Origin: Aplysia californica
Lineage: Eukaryota
Length of the DNA: 64,000 nt
Assembly (NCBI RefSeq): GCF_000002075.1
Contig: NW_004798383.1
Span: 55,631 to 119,630 of the forward strand
Direction: 5' to 3'
The notes under the pieces are model-generated. The model searched no databases and was not told where the DNA came from. It saw only the letters and a list, made by a program, of their open reading frames with translations. A program made the translations under genes and the position numbers. Shown one piece after another: positions 1-14,700 of the stretch (position 1 is the stretch's first letter; every line of letters begins with the position of its first letter).

Positions 1-1407
1 CCTCCTCCTCCTCCTCCTCCTCCTACTCCCCTCTCTTAAAAGGCTCTGTGTCATTTCAGAGAGTTTTGGTAATATTTTTCAAGACCTTGAAATTAGCTGA
101 GTTAACAGCTTCAAATAAATAGGCAGTTTGTGCACTGTTTTCAAATGTCCGCATCAATTAAGAAATATGTTTGCGTATGAATAAAGTTATATGGGGGACT
201 CCTGCAACCTTCGCATAGAGGCAAACTTGAAAGTCTACAATGCTGTCTGTTGTACAGAGTGCTAAGACGGTGCCTCAACAGTGTATACTAAAGCCATGCC
301 GAGAAGCTTATAATTTCCACTTGAAATGTTTCAGGAGAATTTATTTATGGTATCAGTATGGAACCCCATTTAGACAGCAATTCAAGTTTTCAAAAGTAAG
401 AATGCCAAGATCCTGTTTTCTAAGCTAAAAGAGATTTAACTATAAATTATAAATTGCTAGGTAGGAGAATGTCTGATTTCAAAATCCCATCAAGGTGGTA
501 CGTGTTGGCGCACCAAAAAAAAAAAAATTAATTAAAAAATAAATAAATGCTATAATACACCAAGAAACTTGTCTTCAAGGGACTTCAACGTAAATCTCTA
601 GATATGGGTGAGTTCCTGATAAACCCAGTAGGAGAGCAACAATCACAGAGGGGCAGAAAATCATGTTTTGAAGCTTCAGGAATTAGAAATGCTGACATGA
701 AACAAAAGGCCCGCGAGCTGCCCGCATCCACAAGTTGAAATGAAGATTTCTATGTTAGATGCATGGCATAGGCTATATAATATCGTGGTAAAACCAGGCA
801 CTCTTTAAAAAAAAAACCTTTGGGGCCACTTTCTTAGCTTATTTATGCCTTTGCACAGAATTCTACACTAAGTGTAGAATTCTGTGTGCCTTTGACATCA
901 GGCGACCCAACCTTCTTGACTCACAAATTTCTCGAATTTTGGATCTCTTTTATCAAAAGCAAGACGAATGAATAATTAGCTTTATGATGATACCAATAAC
1001 TCCATAATATGAAAAAAATTGACAAGCGCCTGATTCCACTGCTGTCTTCCCTGTCGGAATTGGTCTCATTAGCTATGGTGATAGGCTATGGCATGACAGA
1101 GGGCCCAAGTCATCTTTAACTTTATTTCTTCTTGGGGGCCTACTTTGTTTGAGATGCTATTCCCCTTTTCAAATGCATTGGTTACCGCCAAACAATAATA
1201 TGGCCAATGAACTAGCCTAAATAATGTGCATGTATACGCTTTGTGGTAACAAGTGGACGATAAATACGTGTCCTTATTTTTTGTTCTACTTAGCAATAAC
1301 TTGCCCGCTAGTTGTCATGCGCATTGCACCTAACAACGCTAACAATAATGGCTGCTACTGTGTTGGTTGTCTGAACAAAGTCGCAAGATACATTTCAGGA
1401 GGACAAA

Positions 1408-1503
1408 ATGAGCAGCAGAAACAAGAAAGTTAGGGTGTGGGGCCGATTCAGGCCAACCGCAAATTTTGCTCATGAAAATATTGAGCTGTTACCTGACAAC
1501 AAG
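1408..1503 (+). CDS. KIF9: KIF9 coding exon 1 (MSSRNKKVRVWGRFRPTANFAHENIELLPDNK)
   Basis: ATG at 1408, kinesin RxRP motif, donor AAG|GTAATG. Confidence 0.9.
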
Positions 1504-2729
1504 GTAATGTATCTTTCCTTAGAAAGTTAAATGCTAGGGATTTTTCTAGATATAGATCTAGATTCTAGATCTGGCCGCCGATGCCGATACCATCACTGAC
1601 TGGCAAAGGAATAAAAGTAAACACACTTTCTAAAAGCTAATACTTCGTTACGGAACTCCTCCCCTTCGTTACTCCCTTGTCGTACCACTTTATCTATATG
1701 TGAGTTTAGAGGACTTTTAACTTTTGTTTAATCTAAGATCTTGATTAAGTTGTTCCTAAAGCAAGCATATCCCCTTCCCCAACAAAAAGAGAGAATATCC
1801 CTGCACCCTCTCTTCATACTGCCCACCTTTATATGAGTGAACTGGTTATATTCATATCATATCATCGTTATGTAAATTATGACCTTAAGCTTTAAACGTT
1901 ATTTTTCATTGAAAGTGGCTATTCTCACCCGCCCGGAAGTTCTCGCAACATCTACTCCTCCCCTCTTCTCTCTCTCTCTGTCTCTTTCTGAATACTGTCT
2001 ATCGGTGTGGACGATCAAATTGACCAAAACAAAGTTAAAAAATGATGTTAAAACACAAAAGTAAATTAATTTGGTTGTCTACAAAGATGCTACGGCTATT
2101 TAACTTTTCGAATCGAGCCGAACTACGCGGGTCGCCATTTTGTTTTGTTCTCTCTCTTTCTCTCTCTCACTCTCTCTCTCCACTGCACACATACAAAATT
2201 GTGCGCTTTCAGTAGGCTACAAGTACAGTTGTAATGGAACGTTTCTTCACAGCACAGAATTCTACAATTTTTCTGTTATCACAGTGTAAAATTCTGTGGT
2301 TTAGGGTGAACGCAAAATTTGTTGACACGCGCACCGGGTGAGAATAGCCAAAAGACTCGCCTGCACTATTCTCACCCCGGGTGAGAATAGAGGTGGCCTT
2401 TTTCATTATAGATCTAGTTGTTCTGTTCCTANNNNNNNNNNNNNNNNNNNNNNNNNNNNNNNNNNNNNNNNNNNNNNNNNNNNNNNNNNNNNNNNNNNNN
2501 NNNNNNNNNNNNNNNNNNNNNNNNNNNNNNNNNNNNNNNNNNNNNNNNNNNNNNNNNNNNNNNNNNNNNNNNNNNNNNNNNNNNNNNNNNNNNNNNNNNN
2601 NNNNNNNNNNNACATTGCATGAGAAGAAAGGAAGTAGATAGTAAGAAATGTTTTTGAAAAATGGGTATTCCAATGTAAAGCGTATTGAGCTACTTTTTTG
2701 GAAATACGCTAATATAAATGTTATATTAC

Positions 2730-2776
<47 letters not shown>

Positions 2777-5700
2777 TATTATTATGAGGTGTCTTTAGAG
2801 GTTGATCCTGTAAAACCAGATTTCTGTATGATCTAGGCCTACTTAGATTTGACATGATTTGTATATTGATTACTGTCTGTGCAGCTGTTCTGGCCAGATT
2901 CAAATCTACTTGGGCAGGAGCGTTGGGCTTTGGCACAAAAGGAAATCTCCGACAATCTAGCCATACATGCTTGTTTTTCTGGGTCACAGCCAAATCCAAT
3001 GCAAGGAGAATGAATAAATCACAAGTTATGCTATAGTTGAGTCTTGCATTGATCTATCCCTTATTCTGGCCTGGACAATATGATTGAAGTATATCAGAAA
3101 AACAAAAAAAATTATAGCGTGGTGATAACAATAATGATAACAAGTTTAGACTCCTTGAGCACTTATTAAAAGTCTTTCGTTCAACCAAGTTATAATGTTT
3201 ATTAAGTTCAATATTGTTGTACTAGCCTGATAATTTGACAAAAGCAATATTCATTCAATTAATGGCACAATAGTTATATTTATTCATTAGCATGTGACGA
3301 GCATTTCATGTAGAGGTCAAAGTTTCTATACGTGCTGTTCTCTGCATATTACTAGGACTTTAGCTTTCTCTCTTTTCTACCTGGACCGTATAGTGTAGAA
3401 TAATCGTCCGAATAAGCATCAATGTGTATTGTTCTTTCGAGTATGTATCTCTATAATTCTAAAGGTCTTGTAGTTAAATTCCTGCAAGTGGATGAATGAT
3501 GCATCTGATGTGAATGTACATTTTGTCAGTTTTACTTCTCTTTTCATATTGAATTTTAATGAGAGTAATATATAATTTAAATTTTTATGTATACTTACAT
3601 GTGTTTTTACAGTCCTGTACAGCCAAGAAAAATTCCCTCTGGGATAATAAAGTATTTATCTTATCCAGTGGCGGTGGGTAGTGAAGGGCTCACAGGCTTG
3701 AGCCCCTACCCTCTCCCCAACCACCACCCCCAACTCTATCTCAAAGTAAATGAAAGTTTCTCCATAATGAAATAAGCAGTTGAAACCGTTTTGACCGCAC
3801 GCAATGAACACAGAGTGATCCACTCCGCGGCTTGCTCGCTTATCCAATCACTGTTGTCACCGCTTACATAGTAACCCAGCAGCCAATCAAATGTCTTTAG
3901 GGCTCAGCAAAGATGAGCCCTTTTCCCACAGCCCTGATCCTTGATGAAACTCTTCTTGTAAAAAGGTAGAAGACTGGGAAAAAATAACAGTGTACCGAGG
4001 GCTCACGCTCTCCTAGCCCTGACAATGGGGTAAAAGTTTACGACACACTTTCCCTCACTGACACAGATACCTATGTGCTCATTGGTTCTTTGTTGGGTGC
4101 GTTCTACTTTCTCGACTACACGGCCTAATCCAGCTCTTAGAAGTATTATGTTTGAAGTGCTGTGTGTGCATGTTTGTGTTTGTGCTGCTGAAATTTAACA
4201 GTTATAAATCAGGTTGAACTACTTGTAAGGGAACTTTTTCGTCACTCAAAAACTAATTAGAGGAAATTTGGAGGTTAATCGGTTTCGTCCCTACCATCAA
4301 CAAGAATTTAACTAAGAACTAAGAGATTGAAAACAAAGGCAACTCTTTTCGTTTGAATGGTTCTCAAACTGCCGTGGCTGACCGTGAGTACAGAAAAATC
4401 TTCACTGTTTAATTTTTATTGCTGGCTATTAATTGGTGGTAAAGAATTGGAAGCAACCTAAGCCCCACCCAAATTTTGGTCCACCCACCGCCTCTTATCT
4501 TATATCTTATCTTATCTTATCTTAGAAAGGAAAAGTTAAACAACAGTTCATCCCATAAGAGATTCTGCTTTGGTAACTTTTCAGTTCCGTGGATTCAAAT
4601 TTCAACTGACAACAAAAGAGACATTTTCAACTCGAAGACTTATCTCACCAGTATGACTAAAAGACTGAGCATATCAACTGATTGGTGTTAAACTCCGTCA
4701 AACGTCTCTTTTCAAAATGGCTTTACTGGAGTCTTACACTAGTACTAAGCAGTCAATATGTGGGGTAGCGTGGTGAAAGCAGGCCCTCAACAAAATCACA
4801 ATGTTGAAGAAACTGGCATTCTTCTGCCAGTTTGGCAATTTTTTAAAGATTTTCGGTTTTTTGGCTTGGCGCCATTATTGTTCAATTAAGAACACATTTC
4901 TGTTTGGATTTTACTGAAAAACGTTGATTAAAGGCACAATTAATGTAAGTTTTCAGTTTCCACAGACTATCAAGCTATGGAAATAACCAGACTTTGGCAG
5001 CCATTTTCTCGCTAATTCTACCTTTCAAAACCAGGCGACGCCACCTTCTTCAATCTCAAACATCTTGACTTTTATAAATGGGTATTTTATTTTTTATTGA
5101 TAGCAAGATAACTGAACATGCTTTAAGATGATACTAGTAACTCCACATGCCCAAAAATTGACGAGCGCCTGATTCCACCATGTCGCGACACAAAAAGTCT
5201 TAGAGTAGAGGCGGTAGTCCGCACTACACTAAGCATATAAAGTCACTTTGCCTGTCCTTGGTGAGAGGGGAGGTAACCCCACATTAACTGGTGAGAAGCA
5301 AATTTTGTCTGCTATCGTCGGCCCAATGCGCTATTCCTGCTTCGTTTACCCTTCTCCCACAGTAGTGGCTTTTGTGTGGCAAAGTGAGGACGGGTGTGTG
5401 TGACAATCAGCGGGTATGCACGTTCCTGCTGGAGGGTGATGCGTTTTATGGAGGGGCTGCTGCTAGGATAGGGTGGGTCTTGCAACATGCCCTTATTATG
5501 AATCGTATAGGCTAACGTATGATTTTCATTATATCACAAAGGAGGAAATGTACTTACAAATTACACCAGAGTTAGTTACAAGTGATGCTCAATTTTTATG
5601 CATAGCCAAAATAGAAAGAAAACAAATAACTGGAGCCAACACTTACAAAACATTAATCTTTAGTGAGTCTAGATAACTCTGAAAATCATGAATTAAATGA

Positions 5701-8700
5701 TATAAGAACAGCAAAGTAGATCTACATGTGAATCGTATTGCACATGAATAATTAAAGATATTGTTCACATTATTTATATGGAACAAATTGGGATGGGGAG
5801 ATTAATCAACACAGCAAAAGAGCACGATGTCCACGGCATCCAGGTCTTCCTGAGTCTTGTCCTTCAGGTCCATCTGTTTGACACAGTTGGCGTGTTACCA
5901 CTTGTCACAAAGCATGCACTGAGTGAGCACTACTTGTCTTGGGGTGGTGGCTCCACTCCCAGCACAGTCGACCGTAATGTCCTCACATTCGTCGGAGCTG
6001 TTGTCATACACCGGCTCTTCTCCCCAGTCAGAGGAATCTTCGTCCTCTTTCTTCTTTTGTGAGGCTACAACCAAAGCATTCATCTTCTTATCCTGAATTC
6101 TCCTCTTCTCCTCGTCTTTCTCCTTTTTTGCCTTCTCCCTTCGTTTTTTCTTCTCTTTTTGGCGTTCCTACTTGTCTTCAGCTCATGCTAGCCGTTCCTT
6201 CTTTCTGTACTCCCTTTGCTTCTTTCTCCTCTTCCTTCTGCTGTTGTTCTTCTTCCACCTTCATCTTCTTTGTGAGTATCATCTCTTTCTAGTCATTTCC
6301 ACTGATGGACGGTGGCACAGGTGGCTGAGGCCTTCTAAGTATGCTCTTGTTCATTGAACACCACGGCAGTGTGAGCACCTTGTCCATGGTCGTCTGCCTG
6401 GAGGGGCTCTGAGTTTCCAGGGCTCTTGCTGATGGCTGGGGGAGCAGAGGAGCCAGTTGTTCAAAAGTGTCCATCAGACAGGACCACGTATTGTAGTCGG
6501 GGTCGATATTTCCTTGAGTCGATGATGGCGAGTTTGTGACGTTGTGGATGGCTCAGAGGCTGTGTCAGGTGGCTGGTGTGGGTTTTGAGGCAATAGAATA
6601 TTACCTCGTTATCGCTGCAGAGGTCTGAGACATGAAACCCCGCCTTACCAGACGCCATGTCGGCACTGCCCGCCTACCCCCACCCATCCCCTCAGACAGG
6701 ATGAGCGGCTCCATGCTTTGCTTAGCACTTATGCTACTTGCACAAGACACTGCTTTGTGTGCAGTACAAGTATACACATCTTTATAAAATGCATTGGCAG
6801 CCTTACAACTGCAGGTTGATGCACTGTTAGATTACATAATCAGCAAGTCTGGAAATAATTGAAGTCTGTGTACGTGCATTAAGCAACCACAGCGACCAGC
6901 CAAGAATCTCGTGCCACAGGAAAGGATGCTGCCAGATGTTGATAAACGTGGAACCCTGTCACTACTCTATGGTCTTCTTGAGAAACAGAAAACTTCTTTT
7001 AAAATTTTTCAACCCTTTCCATGTTAGTACTTGGGAGTTTAAGTTTATATTAAAAAAAAAAAATTATCAACCTTATTTGGCTTGGGAGTACTTGGGAGTT
7101 TTAGTTTATATTAAAAAAAATAATTATCAACCTTATTTGGCTTCTTATGCTTTAATCACATTCATTCTTTTCCTCTTTATCCAGGGTGTCAATGTGCACA
7201 TGCGACGAGACCCCAAGAAAGGTGTAGTCAATAACCAAATTTTGGACTGGTCTTTCAAGTTAGATGGAATTTTTAGCAATGCTGATCAAGACACAGTATA
7301 CAATACCGTGGCCTCTGATATTGTTAGAGGATCACTGGATGGGTATAACGGTAAGTTATTTGAAGTTTTACTGATCTTCCATCTATAGGCTATGTTATTC
7401 TTTACAATATGATTACTTTTATTGGTTTCTATTCTTACGACTCGATTCGAATCAAACTGTGATTAAGAGAAGTCTGAAGATATCATAGAAGATGAAAAAG
7501 ACGGATTAAAAAGAATTTACAATGAAGACAAGTCAAAACAGATGAAACAGAAAAGCATAAAGGAGATACTAATAGGTTGGGTTGTGACTGCACATCCTTG
7601 TCTGAAAATGAAAATGAAATCAGTACTTTAAAGAACTGGTCATAGTGGAAAAGATTTGTTGAAACAATGATATTGAAGAAAAGTTATCTGAGTGTAATGT
7701 ACTCTCACTCTCAGTATGCTACAAGCATCTTCTCTAAATTGCTCTATATGCTTGCTACTCTTTGCAGTCAGTCTTCTTCCTCTTTGTGTTCCCTTGCTAG
7801 AGATCTCAGGGGTAGTTGAGTGCTGGTTCTTCAACTTGCAGCGCAACTGATTTTTATGTATGTGACCATTTTTCATACTCAGTAGGGCCTTTGCAATCAT
7901 TTAATTTAATAAAGTATGTTGTCTTTTTCCTAGTCCGGCTTGACAAAAAGTGTCTAAAATCATTTTGTTCCAGGTACACTGATGTGCTATGGGCAGACAG
8001 GAGCTGGCAAGACATTTACCATTACAGGAGCAACTGAAAGTTATCGCCACAGAGGCCTCATCCCTCGTGCTATTTCCCAGCTTTTCAAGCAAATTGAGGA
8101 AAGACTGGAGTACAGTATTACTGTTAGGTAATACCCTTCAGTGTAAAACATTTTAATAGAAGCCTTTGCTGATAAAAAAAACCCCGATTAGTTAAAAATT
8201 GTTTTTCCAAATCGATACCATTGAATCTGTCCAAGAAGACCACCCATCATTGAAGAGAAAAGTGGTCTTCCTAGACAGGTGAATCCTCTTGGACAGTGTC
8301 ATCGTAATATCTAAAAAATGCAGAAGGCGGGAGGAGAGAAGTGGGGAGTGGTCATTTGTGATTGTCTTGGAAAAGTGGTCGTTACAGCAGGTTTGATTGC
8401 ATTTGCAAAGTGACAAAAAATCCCTTTGCTAGTTTCATAAACTTTTGTTAGAGGTAACTCATTCCTCCGTTTAGGGCAATTTGTTATAGTATTTTGGTCA
8501 CGGCATTATTGATTTATCTGGCTGCAGGTGGTAAGGATTGCTGTTAACTCTTTCCGGACGTAGTTTTTTTGGGGTCTAGACATAATTAACTTGTGGCTCG
8601 ATTTGGCTATGCTGGTGGTGTACAAAATAACTTCATAGAAGCATAACTATCACCCAAAATGTAACATTATGATACATCAAATTGAAGGAAATTGAATGAG

Positions 8701-11700
8701 GAATACATCCTAGTTGAAACTAAGATTAATTTTGTACATACGTATGCATTACAAGGGTTAGAAATGGTGATGGTGATGGGAAAAATAAATTTTGACTGAA
8801 AAAATAACTTTCACCTCACATGTGAGAGCAAATCAGCATTGCTAGCTTATCATATACAGGCCAAGAACATAATCCATAAATTTCTGAATGCGCAGCTTTT
8901 TATTTGAAAGCAATATTCCAATTTTTATTTGAGTTATGATATTTCTACTGAGTACCGTTACATCGTTTTGTTGATGCAAGACCGCAAGAACTAGTTCACT
9001 CATTATTCCTCAAACCCACGCTTTGACAAAGTGAAACTAGATGTTTTCGTTTCCTAAGTCCTTTCCGAGTTTTTCAATAGCAATAAAAAGTAATTATAAA
9101 TGACGGACCGAGTTAAAACGAAAAAATACTTAGGCACCCTATCACAGCCGATATATTGGTGAAACGTCCGCAAAGGGTGTGGACTCGCGCCAATATTTCG
9201 GCCATACGTCCGGAAAGAGTTAATAATTGGTGAAGGGCAAAAAATAGGGGTATAGCACTTTTTAATTGTCTAAAAGAAAACACCAAGGAAATGCTCCATT
9301 AGAGAGATGTGAAGATTTTTTTAACATCATAGAAAGAAAGCTTGAGTAAAGACTTGGAACATAAGAACGATGTGAACTGTCAACATCCTGAACTGGGTGC
9401 TTGATACGTAAGTGAGTGAGAGAATGAGTGAGTGAATGAGTTGAATCTATGAGAGAAGAGAAATGTGTTTGTTAAATTGGTAGTAAGCAAATGATTAAGT
9501 GTTTGTTACATTCTTCTTTCCCTTTCAATCTTTTATCTTTGTATTATTAATTTTTTTTGGCCTTACAATTATCAATTATTATTTATTTGATTTGAAAAAA
9601 TTGTGAAAATAAAGCTATTGTTTGCCACTGTCAGAGAAATCTCATTGTAAGTACTGTCACTCTTTTCCCTTCAGAGTGTCGTACATGGAGATCTACAATG
9701 AAGGCATGTTTGATTTACTGAGCTCTTTGCCTGAAGCAACTTGGAACAACAACAGCAAAGACCCCTATGCTACTCCAGATCCCATGGTTGTCACAGAAAA
9801 CCAAGATGGAGTATTTGTCAAAGGTCTCTCGTGCCATTTGGCCCAGAACGAGGAAGAAGCTTTGAATCTTCTCTTTGAGGTAGGCTGAGTTTGTTACTAG
9901 TAAATTATTAAGTTGTTTTGCTGAATAGCTACAATTAAAGCTGCAACTGATTTTTGTCTTAATGCCACATTTTAGTATCATAAACTTATTATTTAACTTT
10001 TAACAAAACGGAATTCAACTTCTTTGATTTGTTATTTTTTAAATATTGAATAATTATAGAGAAGAGGAAAGAGTATTTTGAGATAAAAAGGTGTGGGGAA
10101 GTAGGTGTAGCTGGAATATGTTGTGTATGAATAATGTGTGTGTGCTCGAGAGAAGGGAAGAGGGCAGATGAGAAGATAATAAATAGCAAAAAGATAAGAA
10201 TTATTATTTTATGGATAAACATTAAGCTCACATTAAGTATTCAAAGACAATGAATAACATATAATGATTAACAATATCATTTCAGAGCCATGTAGGTTTG
10301 AATAAACGTGAGCTTTTTCTACGTTTCTTTAAAGCTGGACAAAGATAGTACGTTGTAAACATCTGTCGATATGTAAAAGGAAGGATACACTCTTTTCTGT
10401 TGGTATATCCAAGGCAAACAAAGATTGCACAATTCTGTTCATCATGTGTTGCAGGGTGAGACAAACAGGTCCATTGCTGCTCATCAACTGAACAAACAGT
10501 CCTCAAGATCCCATTGTATCTTTACAGTCTACCTTGAGGTGAGTCATAACATAGAACAGTATCCTTCATCACTGATAAATGTTGAAAAAGTCAGTAATGC
10601 TGGAATTTACAGGTTACCTTTTAAGATATAAGATAAGATAAGATTAGATAACATTCTACTTATCTCCACAGGAGAAATTTTCTGCAGCTTAGTAAATAGA
10701 TACACGCACACAAACACATAATGTCATGTCTTGAAATTATTTTTAGGAGGAAGCATATCTTGAGAGCTAGATTTCAGGTGCAGATTTACATTTTGTTTAA
10801 TATGTAAGTATTTGTTTTTGTTAAAAAATGGTTTGATACTGTGTTTTAATTTAATTACAAAATAAAGTGCATGGTTCATTTAGAAATTTTGAATTAAGAG
10901 AGTTTTTGCAATTGTAGCATATGAAGATATTCCGTTTTTCTCTGTTCAGTCAAGATCAAGGACTCAGTCCAATGCCAAATACACGGTGTCCAAGGTGAAC
11001 TTTGTGGATCTTGCTGGATCTGAGAGGCTCAGCAAATCAAAGGTGAGGATGTGGTTTGGTGAAAGTCTCAAATTTTGACCTAGCATGCAATCAACATGTG
11101 TGTACAGTTGATATGACTTTTCTTGTGACTTATGATGAATAGTTGTTAATAGATTATAGGAAAACTAACACTTTAGAATGGCCTGAAACATATGCACGCT
11201 TTCATTTGAATATGGAGAAATGTTTTGAACAATAGCATAATACAAAATGAAATGGACTGGGAGACAAGGAATAGATGTTACAAGTTTTCAAAGGCATTGT
11301 TGATGTAAGTAATCCCATCGTTTATGTGGATGTGTTGAACAAAGAAAGTCAAATCTCCAAACGCCATTCCAGCCTAATGTGTCTACGTCTGCATTCTCTC
11401 CAAAGATGTCCTTTGTGATCCTCAACGATATGAAGAAGTTTTCAAATAGGAGAAGTGATGAGAATAGTTTTTATTCTCCACCAGACTGGGTAAGGGGTGG
11501 GGGGGGGGGGGATAGGAGAGAACTAGCTTGCAAAATGAAGCTGTATTCAGCATATGAAGAAAGAAGACGTCCTTGTCTCTTCTTATTCATTTCTGCTTTT
11601 TCAAGAAAATTCTGCTTCCTTCTACTCAATTAATCAAACTCAATCATGGTAAGAATAATTTTCTATAGCAGTATGCTTTTGACTTTTTTTTCAATGTACT

Positions 11701-14700
11701 ACCAGTCACATATACTTAGGATACCTTGTCGAGGGGAATATTATATATTATAATGATAATGTTTATATTGCTCATAACTACTTTTTTGTGGAAAAGAAAT
11801 CTAACAGAACTTTTAGAAGTGCTATTATTCCTCTTCATCTGTATATCTTTCATTGTCTCTCCAAGTCGGAAGGAAAAACGAAAGAGGAGGCCATGTACAT
11901 CAACAAATCTTTGTCCTTCCTGGAGCAAGTTGTGATAGCCCTGGCTTCTCGCACCCGTGACCATGTTCCGTTCAGGCAGTCCAAGCTCACCCACTACCTG
12001 AAGGACTCCATCGGAGGGAACTGCAACACGTTACTGGTTGCCAATATGTGGGGGGAGCCAGCCCAACTGGAAGAAACGGTGAGTTAATTATTTGTTTTGT
12101 TTGTTTTGTGTTTTAGGCCTTGTGCTCGCTGGGGGGTAAAATATAACCCCTTGGACTGTGAATACTTTTCATTAAAAATTCAATTAAAAAATTTCTTTAC
12201 ATGGGTTGCAAACTGAAGGTATACACAATACTCTTACATTATGTATGATCGACATTATTACTATTATTATGTACATGAAAGAAAATGCAGAATATAACCC
12301 TATATAAGTATAAGTAAGCAACAGGCAAATGCATGGCTAAAACAAACACAGCTGCATGAATGCAAATGAGGTATTTTCGCCTGTTCATCTCTCTTCATCG
12401 CCAAGTGATGTCATACTTAGCAGCCGTGTGACAAGTAGAAAGTAGAAATTCTCCTCGTAGGCCTATGCCTGGGGCATTAGGAGCAAGTAGATGTTCTTAT
12501 TCCGATATGAGGTAAACTTTGTTCTGTGAGAGAGTGGAGTTCATCATCTTTGTTCTACACTTGCCTCTCAAATTTTTTCACGAGGAATAATATTGACCTG
12601 AAATGAAAATGAAGATTAAAAACTCAAGTCCTTTACACTTACCGTTCACTGTTGTGATTGTATTTTAGGAAAATATAACGGGTTTCAGCTCAATTGATTT
12701 TTCAGAACTATTGATAACACTTCTTTTTTGGCAAATTCCAGAGGAAGAACTAAGCCTTAGAACTCAAAGATAGTTATAATAATATATCAATTTATATAAA
12801 ACCTTATCCCTGGAGGACTCGACGTACTGCACAGTGCAAAATTATCTTTCAATACAACTTACAAATCAAATGACAGAAAATGTACATTTTTCCAATTTAA
12901 CACTATACACACTCACACACAGGCCCACACACATTCTCACAATCAACAACTAATGACAGGCAATGAGATAAACAGTGCATCAGTAACATCTCATAGAAAT
13001 TAATATTAATCTTCAAACGAGCTGGTGGTACACATTATTGAGCGATTTATAACAGTAAATATCTTGTGAGAAAATATTCTGGAATGGAGAATTGAGGTAA
13101 ATGCAGAGTGAATTAATGTAACTGTTCGTTGCTTTTGTCAGGTGTCCACGTTGCGTTTTGCCACCAGGATGATGTGTGTGGCCAGCGAACCAGCCGTCAA
13201 CGAAGTCTATGATCCTGCGGTGAGCATCGTTGTGGGAAAACTTCCTTTTGTTCTTTTCACTGATATTTCAATACGATTAATTTTTGTCTTCTAGACATTT
13301 AGAAAGTTTTGAAATTGTTAGGTTGTGGTGGGAATGATTTAAAAGTATAGCAGTTGTATGTGAAGATAAGATGATCCATTTACCTCCTCATTTTTAATAT
13401 TTCTATATTATAAAAATACAAGATAATATACTATTTTGATTGATGCTGTAAGAATAACAATGCGCTGAATGCATATCAAACAATTCATGCAGCTCTTCTA
13501 AAAAAGAAAAATAGATTGTGGGTGAGGTAGGAAAAGGCTGCTGAACCCTTCATTATTAATTAACTTACTGATGTTTCATTTGTTTCTCAAAACATTTCTG
13601 TAATTCTTAAAACTTTTTTCCAGTTGTTGGTGAAGAAACTCCAGAGAGAAATTCAGCATCTGAAGTCAGAGCTGGCAATGCACGACACTTTGGTAAGAGA
13701 TCTCCATGATTTTTTTCTTTCATGACTATCATAATATTTTTAAAAATCTAAGTGTAAGTATGGATCGTGAGGAACTTGGAAGATCAGGTTGTTTGTTTTC
13801 TAAAAAAGTATCTTGTGAAATGGCATCAAATGATATGCAGTCTACTATTCTTGGGGAGATATGTCACCTTGATTGTATGGATTTTTTGTTACAAGAACTG
13901 TAATTATGTGATCATCCATGGCTCAATGGTTTTTTGGATCATTGAGTTGAGTACTTTGATGTGTCCTGTCTGTCAGAGGCTATCACATGATTGAGAATAT
14001 GAATTTCATGAAGATTAATTTTTGTTTTGTACACCTCTTCCCCCCCCCCCCCCCCCCTCCCCAACTGTTATTCACAGACAAACCGTAGCATGGTGTGGTA
14101 TGACCCTCTGTCGGAGCAACAGAAGTATGAGATCCGAACTCAAGTCAAACGTTACCTGGATGGAAGTCTTGATGAAATCGATGTGAGTATTCCTATTAAT
14201 GCTATCTCTGTGAACAGCCTCAAGCGTTTTCTAAGAGCTGTTGTCTTTAGGCCCACTGCTCATTTGACTCAGACCTCTTGCAGATGAATGATAAATAGAA
14301 ATAGCCATACTGAACGGAAGGGATGATAAAACCGTAACCACATATTGATGTATATGGAGCTGTGAAGACTTTTTTTTTTGGTACCTAATCAAAATTGTTG
14401 TTAGTTCTCTTCCCACCTCTGGGCTCAGTGATTTATATGCTTTGTGGATGTTTTGTAACACATGATGAAACAGATGTTTTCTTCTTTCTCTTTTTCAGAT
14501 CGTGAACATACGGCAAATTGTTGGAACTTTTGAGTCCTTTAGAGAGTTGTATCTGTGAGTGCTTTGGGAAGCATTGTATCAAAATATTACAGTTTAAAAA
14601 TGTTCATGTTATGAGTAAAGAGCTTAGAGGGTAGTGTCCTTTTTACGTGAGACCATTGAATATCTTTGCTTCTCTTTCTATTGTTTTCTTCAAAAATGTA

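Noticed and set aside
2209-2673. ORFs spanning N-runs (also about 17677-18404, 27974-28546 and 29998-30712)
   Set aside because: Artefacts of assembly gaps translated as X
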